Below, in pieces: positions 37,045 through 45,098 of a stretch of 64,000 bases of DNA (position 1 is its first letter; each line of letters begins with the position of its first letter). The DNA comes from Clostridia bacterium (GTDB taxonomy: Bacteria; Bacillota; Clostridia; Oscillospirales; CAG-272), in contig JAFVQW010000041.1 of assembly GCA_017504605.1 (NCBI GenBank), forward strand, positions 10,391 to 74,390, read 5' to 3'. The notes under the pieces are model-generated. The model ran no database searches. It was not told where the DNA came from and worked only from the letters and a program-made list of their open reading frames with translations. The translations under genes were made by a program, and so were the position numbers.

Positions 37045-38430
37045 ATGGAAAAGATGTGGGCGGGAAGAACCTCGGGAGACGTGAGTAAAATCGCTGACGA
37101 CTTCAATTCTTCCATTCATTTTGATAAAAAAATGTATAAGCAGGATATCCGCGGCTCGCTCGAGCACGCGCTTATGCTCTCAACCGTCGGCATTATCAGC
37201 CGCGAGGAGTATCTCAAGATTGCCGACGGGCTTACCTCGGTGCTCAGAGATATTGAGAGCGGGGAGCTTACGATTGACGAGAGCGCCGAGGATATACATA
37301 TGTTCGTTGAGGCAGAGCTTACCCGCCGCATAGGCGATGCGGGTAAGAAGCTGCACACGGCGAGGAGCCGCAACGACCAGGTGGCGCTCGACCTCCGTCT
37401 TTATATGCGTGAGAGATGCCTTGCGGTGCGCGGGCTTCTTATCTCGCTTATCGAGGCGATTAAGGACAAGGCGTACGAGGGTCGCGAGCTCGTGATGCCG
37501 GGCTATACTCATCTTCAGCGCGCACAGCCGATAACCTTTGCCCACCATCTTCTTGCATACTGCATGATGCTTATGCGCGACGTCGGCCGTCTTGACGACG
37601 CGCTTTTGCGCCTTAACGTCTCGCCCCTTGGCAGCTGCGCTCTCGCGGGAACGACCTATCCTACCAATCGCGATATGGTTGCGGCGGGGCTCGGCTTCGA
37701 CGGAATTATGATGAACTCGATTGACGGCGTATCCGACAGAGACTACTGCGTGGAGCTTGAGGCGGCGTTTGCGCTTATTATGATGCATCTTTCGCGCTTC
37801 TCAGAGGAGATTATCCTCTGGTCGAGCTGGGAGTTCAAGTTCGTTGAGCTCGACGATGCCTACACCACGGGCTCGTCTATTATGCCGCAGAAGAAGAACC
37901 CCGATATGGCCGAGCTCGTGCGCGGTAAGACGGGGCGCGTTTACGGCGACCTTATGGCGACCCTCACCGTTCTTAAGGGACTGCCTCTTGCATATAACAA
38001 GGATATGCAGGAGGACAAGGAGGCTATATTCGATGCCACCGAGACGGTCGAGAAGTGCCTCGAGGTGTTTATACCTATGATTGCTACTATGAGGCCTCTT
38101 GGCGAGAATATGTATAACGCCGCCTGCCGCGGCTTTATCAACGCCACCGACCTCGCCGATTATCTGACTAAGCGCGGTCTGCCCTTCCGCACGGCGTACA
38201 AGACCGTCGGACAGATTGTCGCCGACTGTATTGCCGCGGGCAAGACGCTTGAGGAAGTGCCTCTTTCGAAATACCGCGAGTACTCCGAGATATTCGATGA
38301 CGACCTTTACGGCGAGATTTCGCTTCGGGCGTGTGTCGAGAAGCGTATATCGCGCGGCGGCACGGGCTACGCCTCGGTTAACGAGCAGCTCGGCTACGTC
38401 GAGAACTTTCTTAAGGAAAACAAGATATGA
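37045..38430 (+). CDS. argH: Argininosuccinate lyase
   Basis: Fumarate-lyase signature GSSIMPQKKNPD; 461 aa. Confidence 0.95.
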   Translation: MEKMWAGRTSGDVSKIADDFNSSIHFDKKMYKQDIRGSLEHALMLSTVGIISREEYLKIADGLTSVLRDIESGELTIDESAEDIHMFVEAELTRRIGDAGKKLHTARSRNDQVALDLRLYMRERCLAVRGLLISLIEAIKDKAYEGRELVMPGYTHLQRAQPITFAHHLLAYCMMLMRDVGRLDDALLRLNVSPLGSCALAGTTYPTNRDMVAAGLGFDGIMMNSIDGVSDRDYCVELEAAFALIMMHLSRFSEEIILWSSWEFKFVELDDAYTTGSSIMPQKKNPDMAELVRGKTGRVYGDLMATLTVLKGLPLAYNKDMQEDKEAIFDATETVEKCLEVFIPMIATMRPLGENMYNAACRGFINATDLADYLTKRGLPFRTAYKTVGQIVADCIAAGKTLEEVPLSKYREYSEIFDDDLYGEISLRACVEKRISRGGTGYASVNEQLGYVENFLKENKI

Positions 38431-39359
38431 AAACTGTATTTATTGACGGCCGCTCGGGAACGACCGGCCTTCGGATAGTGGAGCGCCTCTCGGGGCGGAG
38501 CGACCTTACGCTCTTAACCATACCCGAGGAGCTTCGCCGCGACACGGAGCAGCGGCGGAAAATGCTCAACAGTGCCGATATAGTATTCCTCTGCCTGCCC
38601 GATGCGGCGGCGAGAGAGGCGGTCGAGATGATAGAGAACCCGAATACCGTGGTGCTCGATACCTCGACGGCACACAGAACCGACCCGAGATTTGCCTACG
38701 GCTTTCCCGAGCTCTCGGCCGAGCATTACGAAAAAATAAAGGGAAGTAAGCGCATCGCCGTTCCCGGCTGTCACGCGGGCGGCTTTATTGCACTCGTATA
38801 TCCGCTTATCAAGGCGGGGGCCATATCGCCCGATATTCTGCTCTCGGCTCACTCGCTTACGGGCTACAGCGGCGGCGGAAAGGGAATGATTGCCGAATAC
38901 GAGGGAGAGGGAAGAGACGCGCTCCTTTCTGCTCCGAGACAGTACGCGCTCGCGCAGTCGCACAAGCATCTGCCCGAGATGTGTGCCGTAACCGGACTTA
39001 AGAGCCCGCCCGTATTCTGCCCGATTGTTGCCGATTTTTACTCGGGTATGGAGGTCACCGTGCCTCTTTTTCGCGAGTGGCTTAATCCCGGCTTTGACGT
39101 TGAAAATATTAAAGATATATATAAAAAGGCCTACACGGGGCCTATCGTTTCCTATCGCGAGGAGGCCTCCGAGGGCGGATTTCTCTCGGCGCTCGCCCTC
39201 TCGGGCAAGGATACGATGCAAATAGAGGTTTACGGAAACGGAGAGAGAATACTTCTCGTCGCCCGCTACGATAACCTCGGTAAGGGTGCCTCGGGTGCCG
39301 CCGTCGAGTGCCTTAATATAGTGCTCGGCTGCGATATAGACACCGGACTGTCACTTTAA
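38427..39359 (+). CDS. argC: N-acetyl-gamma-glutamyl-phosphate reductase (short type)
   Basis: N-terminal GRSGTTGLRIVERL and active-site PGCHAGG; 310 aa. Confidence 0.85.
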   Translation: MKTVFIDGRSGTTGLRIVERLSGRSDLTLLTIPEELRRDTEQRRKMLNSADIVFLCLPDAAAREAVEMIENPNTVVLDTSTAHRTDPRFAYGFPELSAEHYEKIKGSKRIAVPGCHAGGFIALVYPLIKAGAISPDILLSAHSLTGYSGGGKGMIAEYEGEGRDALLSAPRQYALAQSHKHLPEMCAVTGLKSPPVFCPIVADFYSGMEVTVPLFREWLNPGFDVENIKDIYKKAYTGPIVSYREEASEGGFLSALALSGKDTMQIEVYGNGERILLVARYDNLGKGASGAAVECLNIVLGCDIDTGLSL

Positions 39360-39373
39360 GAAAGGAAGGAAAA

Positions 39374-40588
39374 ATGGAAATTATAAACGGCGGCGTGTGC
39401 GCCGCAGAGGGCTTTGTCGCCTCGGGTATTCACTGCGGTATACGCAAGAACAGGCTTAAGCGCGACCTCTCTCTCATATATTCCACCGTACCCGCGAGTG
39501 CCGCGGCGGTATATACCACGAATAAGGTAAAGGGAGCGCCCCTGACCGTCACTCGCGCACATCTTGAGAACGGTATAGCACAGGCTATTATATGCAACAG
39601 CGGCAACGCCAACACCTGTAACGCGGGCGGCGAGGCGCTTGCCGAGGACACCTCGGCGCTTTTGGCAAAGGAGCTCGGGATTTCCCCCGCGGACGTAGTC
39701 GTTGCCTCGACGGGCGTTATAGGACAGCCCCTCGATATTGAGCCGATAAGGAGCGGTATACCCACGCTCGTCTCAGAGCTTCGCACCGACGGCGGCTCGG
39801 ACGCGGCAGAGGGAATTATGACAACCGATACGAAGAAGAAGGAGATTGCCGTCTCCTTTACCGCGGGCGGCAAGACCTGCCACATCGGCGGTATTGCAAA
39901 GGGCTCGGGAATGATACACCCCAATATGGCGACTATGCTCGTATTCATTACGACCGACCTCGCGATTTCCCCCGAGATGCTCTCTCTCGCACTCTCGACC
40001 GACGTGCAGTCCACCTTCAATATGGTCAGCGTTGACGGCGACACCTCGACTAACGATATGGTCGTCGTTCTCGCAAACGGACTTGCGGGAAATGAGAAAA
40101 TCACCGCCGAGGGCGAGGACTTCTCGGCCTTTATGGCGGCTCTCAATACCCTTACCGTTGCGCTCTGCCGTATGATTGCGGGCGACGGAGAGGGTGCTAC
40201 GAAGCTGCTTGAGTGCACGGTTTCGGGTGCCTGCTGCGAGAGCGTTGCCAAGACCGTGGCGAAGAGCGTTATTTGCTCCTCTCTCGTGAAGGCGGCGATG
40301 TTCGGCTCTGATGCCAACTGGGGCCGCGTGCTCTGCGCAATCGGCTACTCGGGTGCCGAGGTGGACATTTCCCGTGTCGGCGTGTGGTTTAAGTCTCGCG
40401 CGGGCAGAATTGAGGTCTGCCGTATGGGCACGGGTGTCGATTTCTCCGAGGACGAGGCTAAGAAAATTCTTCTTGAGGATGAGATTACCATTGAGGTTAC
40501 GCTCTCCTCGGGCGAGGCCTCGGCCGTTGCCTGGGGCTGCGACCTCACATATGATTACGTAAAGATTAACGGAGATTACAGAACCTGA
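39374..40588 (+). CDS. argJ: Bifunctional ornithine acetyltransferase/N-acetylglutamate synthase
   Basis: MTTDT motif and the autoprocessing site PNMATMLVF. Confidence 0.9.
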   Translation: MEIINGGVCAAEGFVASGIHCGIRKNRLKRDLSLIYSTVPASAAAVYTTNKVKGAPLTVTRAHLENGIAQAIICNSGNANTCNAGGEALAEDTSALLAKELGISPADVVVASTGVIGQPLDIEPIRSGIPTLVSELRTDGGSDAAEGIMTTDTKKKEIAVSFTAGGKTCHIGGIAKGSGMIHPNMATMLVFITTDLAISPEMLSLALSTDVQSTFNMVSVDGDTSTNDMVVVLANGLAGNEKITAEGEDFSAFMAALNTLTVALCRMIAGDGEGATKLLECTVSGACCESVAKTVAKSVICSSLVKAAMFGSDANWGRVLCAIGYSGAEVDISRVGVWFKSRAGRIEVCRMGTGVDFSEDEAKKILLEDEITIEVTLSSGEASAVAWGCDLTYDYVKINGDYRT

Positions 40589-41475
40589 TGGAAAACAATT
40601 TGCCGATAGAGATTTCAAACGCGCAAAGGGCGGTAATTCTTACCCAGGCGCTTCCCTACATACAGAAGTATTATGGCAAGATAGTCGTGGTAAAATACGG
40701 CGGCAACGCTATGATTAACGACAGCCTGAAGGAGCAGGTTATGGAGGACATCGTCCTTCTCTCGCTCATCGGCGTTAAGGTCGTGCTCGTTCACGGCGGC
40801 GGCCCCGAGATTACCGATATGCTGAAGAGAGTTGGTAAGGAGAGCGTATTCTGCGACGGACTTCGCGTGACCGATAGGGAGACCGCCGAGATAGTTCAGA
40901 TGGTGCTCGCGGGCAAAATCAATAAGAGCCTCGTTAATATGCTCGAAATCAAGGGCGGCCGTGCGATAGGCCTTTCGGGTATGGACGGACATATGCTCCG
41001 TGCAGAAATGAAGGACGAGAGGCTCGGCTTTGTCGGACGGATTACCGAGGTTGACGTAACGCCTATAAGCGACCTGCTCGAGCGCGGATATATTCCCGTC
41101 GTGTCCACCGTCGGTTGCGACACCGAGGGCAATATCTATAATATCAACGCCGACACCGCCGCCGCGCGTATTGCGGGCGCTCTTTCTGCGGAGAGGCTCT
41201 TCACGATGACCGATATAGAGGGAATTCTGCGCGACAGAAGCGACCCCGCGTCGATTATATCCAAGATTGATATTGCGGGAGCGAGAGCGCTCTTTGAGAG
41301 CGGCGTTATCAGCGGCGGTATGATACCTAAGGTTGAGTGCTGCATCGAGGCAATCGAGCGCGGAGTAAAGAGCGTGATTATCCTCGACGGCAGAGTGCCC
41401 CACGAGCTTCTTATCGAGATGCTCACCGACGAGGGCGCGGGAACTATGATAGTTCGGGATGAAAATGATGAATAG
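40588..41475 (+). CDS. argB: Acetylglutamate kinase
   Basis: VVKYGGNAM and VLVHGGGP amino-acid-kinase motifs. Confidence 0.9.
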   Translation: MENNLPIEISNAQRAVILTQALPYIQKYYGKIVVVKYGGNAMINDSLKEQVMEDIVLLSLIGVKVVLVHGGGPEITDMLKRVGKESVFCDGLRVTDRETAEIVQMVLAGKINKSLVNMLEIKGGRAIGLSGMDGHMLRAEMKDERLGFVGRITEVDVTPISDLLERGYIPVVSTVGCDTEGNIYNINADTAAARIAGALSAERLFTMTDIEGILRDRSDPASIISKIDIAGARALFESGVISGGMIPKVECCIEAIERGVKSVIILDGRVPHELLIEMLTDEGAGTMIVRDENDE

Positions 41476-42652
41476 TATTGATATAAAGCAAAAGGATAAA
41501 GAATACGTAGCCGCGACCTACGCGCGCTTCGACCTCGCCTTAACTCACGGCGAGGGCTCCTATCTCTATGATGCCGAGGGCAAGAGGTATATTGATATGT
41601 CGTCGGGAATAGCGGTTAACACTCTCGGCACGGCCGACCCCGGCTGGGTTCGGGCGGTTACCGAGCAGCTCTCGCGCCTCAGTCATACCTCAAACCTCTA
41701 TTACAGCGAGCCCGGTGCGCTTCTTGCCGAGCAGCTTTGTACTCGCACGGGTGCGCGCTCGGTGTTCTTCTCGAACTCGGGCGCCGAGGCGAACGAGTGC
41801 GCGATTAAGTGCGCACGCCTTTGGGCGGCGAAAAATAAGGGCAGCGAGTATTTTGGAATTATAACCCTGAAGAACAGCTTTCACGGAAGAACCGTAACCA
41901 CTCTTGCGGCGACGGGGCAGGAGGTGTTCCACACCGACTTTACTCCCCTTACCGAGGGCTTCTACTACGCTGAGGCGGGAAATCTCGCGAGCGTTGAGGA
42001 GCTGCTTAAGGGAAAAAAGTGCGCCGCGGTTATGATGGAGCCCGTGCAGGGCGAGGGCGGCGTCGTGCCGCTGTCGCGCGAGTTCGTTCTCGGGGTATTC
42101 GAGCTTGCAGAGAAATATAACGTGCTCGTTATATTCGACGAGGTGCAGACGGGTAACGGCAGAAGCGGATACCTCTACGCCTACGAGGCGTTTGGCAAGG
42201 CTCCCGATATTCTCTCGACGGCCAAGGGCCTCGGCGGCGGCCTGCCTATCGGTGCTACGCTCTTCTTCGAGAAGACACACGGCACGCTCGGCGCGGGTCA
42301 GCACGGCTCGACCTTCGGCGCAAATCCCGTGGCAGCGGCGGGGGCGTTACACGTTTTATCCCGTCTTGACGGTGAATTTTTAGCCTCCGTGCGTGAAAAG
42401 TCGGAGTATATAATAAGCGCTCTTTCGGACGCCGCGGGAATAGTATCGGTCAGCGGTATGGGCCTTATGCTCGGTATAGAGACCGTGGCCGATGCGGGCG
42501 CGGTTATTTCCGAGTGTATGAGGCGCGGCGTTCTCGTCATCAAGGCGAAGACGAAGGTGCGCCTGCTCCCCCCTCTTAATATACCCACCGAGGCGCTTCG
42601 CGAGGCGGTCGAGGTTATTAAGTCGGTTGCGGCGGAGCTTGCAAATAAATAA
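41459..42652 (+). CDS. argD: Acetylornithine aminotransferase
   Basis: Class III aminotransferase. FDEVQTG, and the PLP-lysine context STAKGLGGGLPIGA. Confidence 0.9.
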   Translation: MKMMNSIDIKQKDKEYVAATYARFDLALTHGEGSYLYDAEGKRYIDMSSGIAVNTLGTADPGWVRAVTEQLSRLSHTSNLYYSEPGALLAEQLCTRTGARSVFFSNSGAEANECAIKCARLWAAKNKGSEYFGIITLKNSFHGRTVTTLAATGQEVFHTDFTPLTEGFYYAEAGNLASVEELLKGKKCAAVMMEPVQGEGGVVPLSREFVLGVFELAEKYNVLVIFDEVQTGNGRSGYLYAYEAFGKAPDILSTAKGLGGGLPIGATLFFEKTHGTLGAGQHGSTFGANPVAAAGALHVLSRLDGEFLASVREKSEYIISALSDAAGIVSVSGMGLMLGIETVADAGAVISECMRRGVLVIKAKTKVRLLPPLNIPTEALREAVEVIKSVAAELANK

Positions 42653-42715
42653 ACAATTATTTACATTTTACGGTGAAAAGGGGCGAAAAACGCTCTTTTT
42701 CGGGAAGGTGGATTT

Positions 42716-43711
42716 ATGGCAAAGGGATTTTTGGGACGCGATTTTCTGAAGCTTCTCGACTATACCCCCGAGGAAATACTCGAGCTTATCTCGCTCGCCG
42801 AGGAGCTCAAGGCAAAGAAAAAGGCGGGAATACCTCACAGACTGTGTGAGGGAAAATCGGTCGCCCTTATATTCGAAAAGACGAGCACCCGCACGCGCTG
42901 TGCCTTTGAGGTTGCGGCGTACGACCTCGGTATGGGCGTGACCTATCTCGACCCCTCGGGCTCGCAGATAGGCAAGAAGGAGAGCATTGCGGATACCGCA
43001 CGCGTTCTTTCGAGAATGTACGACGGCATCGAGTACCGCGGCTTCGGCCAGGAAATCGTAGAGGAGCTCGCACGTCACTCTACGGTACCCGTCTGGAACG
43101 GACTTACGAACGAATTTCACCCGACCCAAATTCTTGCCGATATGCTTACCATAAAGGAGCACTTCGGCCGCCTTCGCGGGATAAACTTCGTTTATATGGG
43201 TGATGCCCGCTTCAATATGGGCAATTCGCTTATGGTCGGCTGTGCAAAGCTCGGCCTTAACTTCACCGCCTGTGCGCCGAGGGAGTATTTCCCCGATGCG
43301 GCGCTTATCTCCGAGTGCGAGAAAATAGCCGCCGAGACCGGTGCTACTCTCCGCTTTGAGACCTCGCCCGAGGAGGCGGTCAAGGGGGCGGACGTAATAT
43401 ACACCGACGTCTGGGTATCTATGGGCGAGCCCCCCGAGGTATGGGAGGCGCGCATCTCGGCTCTCGCGCCCTATGCGGTTACCGCAGAGCTTATGAATTT
43501 GGCATCGGACGGGGCGGTGTTTATGCACTGTCTTCCCGCATACCACGACCTCAGAACCGGCATCGGCCGCGAGGTCGGTGAGCGCTTCGGCCGCAGCTCT
43601 ATGGAGGTTACCGACGAGGTATTCGAGAGCGAGCGGAGCATCGTATTCGACGAGGCAGAGAACAGAATGCATACCATTAAGGCGGTTATGGCGGCGACCT
43701 TAACCGAATAA
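42716..43711 (+). CDS. argF: Ornithine carbamoyltransferase
   Basis: STRTRCAFE carbamoyl-phosphate motif and HCLPA. Confidence 0.9.
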   Translation: MAKGFLGRDFLKLLDYTPEEILELISLAEELKAKKKAGIPHRLCEGKSVALIFEKTSTRTRCAFEVAAYDLGMGVTYLDPSGSQIGKKESIADTARVLSRMYDGIEYRGFGQEIVEELARHSTVPVWNGLTNEFHPTQILADMLTIKEHFGRLRGINFVYMGDARFNMGNSLMVGCAKLGLNFTACAPREYFPDAALISECEKIAAETGATLRFETSPEEAVKGADVIYTDVWVSMGEPPEVWEARISALAPYAVTAELMNLASDGAVFMHCLPAYHDLRTGIGREVGERFGRSSMEVTDEVFESERSIVFDEAENRMHTIKAVMAATLTE

Positions 43712-43729
43712 ACCAAAAGAGAAAAAATA

Positions 43730-43758
43730 ACGGCACCCGCAAAAAAAGCGGGTGCCGT
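43730..43758. terminator. Bidirectional terminator between argF and the AraC gene
   Basis: acggcacccgc-aaaaaaa-gcgggtgccgt between convergent genes. Confidence 0.7.
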
Positions 43759-43824
43759 GTTGAGTTTTATGGCTAAAACACCTCGGTTATTGTAAATCAA
43801 TATTTACATTTACGGCGCTCGGCA

Positions 43825-44718
43825 TCAGAGCGCCCTTTTGTTTGTGAAGGCACGCTTCTTGTATGCCACGGGGGTCATACCCGTATAGCGCTTGAAGGTC
43901 TTTGAGAAATAGTTCGGCGTGTCGAAGGCGAGCCGCTCGGCAATCTGCTTGACGGTGTAGTCTCCCTCGCGCAGATACTGCTTTGCCGCCTCTACCTTAA
44001 GCTTTGTAAAGTAGGCCATAACCGTCTTGCCCGTGGCGCGCTTGAACTCTCGGAATATGTAAGCGCGGCTGTATCCGACCGCCGCCGAGAGCTCGTCAAC
44101 CGATAGCGTGCTCTCGATTTTTTCTCTCATAACCGCGATGCAGTCGTCCACCGCCTTCGATTGCAGCTTCTCCGTGGGAAGGAAAATACTGTTGCTCCTG
44201 CCGTTTTCCGTCATTTGGCGCATAAGGCTGATGAGAAAAAGCTCAAGATAATTTTTTATCAGCTGCTGACCGCCGAGGGTGGGGTGCTCGAGAAGGTGCA
44301 GGCCGGTGTCCTCGGGAGTGGAGAAGGGAATATCGAAGGTACGCTTCGCCTCCTCTACGATGCTGTAAATGAAGCGCACGAGGCTCTTGTCGGGCCGCAC
44401 GCGGCAGCCCTCGAAAAAGCGCATAGCCTCGGACTTACATTCAAAGGAAATTACAAAGACGTTCGGCGCGCGTCGGCCGTTGGCGCTGTGCGCGTGAAAT
44501 TCTCCGGGCTTGTGAAAGGCAACCGTGCCCTCCTCAAGCGTGTATTCCTCGTCACCAGCCGTACAGAGAATGCTCTCCTTGTCGGCGTACACCAGCTCCC
44601 AGAAATCGTGTACCTCCCCCGAGAAGCTGAAATTCTTTTCAAATTCAAAGTAGTGTATAGTGACGATTTTATTGATTACAATGAGATTTTCGAGCTTGTG
44701 TTTGAAATATTTCTTCAT
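43825..44718 (-). CDS. AraC-family transcriptional regulator, divergent from the secreted-protein operon
   Basis: N-terminal cupin-like sensor and C-terminal AraC HTH (YIFREFKRATGKTVMAYF...PNYFSKTFKRYTGMTPVAYKK). Confidence 0.85.
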   Translation of the reverse strand: MKKYFKHKLENLIVINKIVTIHYFEFEKNFSFSGEVHDFWELVYADKESILCTAGDEEYTLEEGTVAFHKPGEFHAHSANGRRAPNVFVISFECKSEAMRFFEGCRVRPDKSLVRFIYSIVEEAKRTFDIPFSTPEDTGLHLLEHPTLGGQQLIKNYLELFLISLMRQMTENGRSNSIFLPTEKLQSKAVDDCIAVMREKIESTLSVDELSAAVGYSRAYIFREFKRATGKTVMAYFTKLKVEAAKQYLREGDYTVKQIAERLAFDTPNYFSKTFKRYTGMTPVAYKKRAFTNKRAL

Positions 44719-44913
44719 AAGGACAGTATATCACACCGCGAAGGAAAAAGCAAGCGTTTTATCCGAGGTGGGGTTCTGTTTCAAAAAAGTGACATTTTTT
44801 GATTTGAGGGTATTACAAAATGTAAATTTGACATAATCGACAAAATGACGGCTGACAATATGGTAAAAGTGACAACTTTTTTTAAAAAGGGGAAGAATTT
44901 TTGTTTTTTTACC

Positions 44914-44942
44914 TTGACAAGAGGCTTTTCGTTATTTAAAAT
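44914..44942 (+). promoter_or_regulatory. Sigma-A-type promoter of the 45099 operon
   Basis: TTGACA (44914-19), a 17-nt spacer, and TAAAAT (44937-42). This leaves a leader of about 150 nt. Confidence 0.55.
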
Positions 44943-45098
44943 AAAAGCACAAAGGATACGCGCCGAATATAAGGCGCGGAACAGTGACAGGCCGCGTTCG
45001 CCGCGGTGCGGCTCTCTCTGAGCCGTAGCGAAGCAAACGCCGAGATTTTTAATCGGCCTGGCATATTTTTTAATCACAACTCGTAAACGGAGGGGCTT

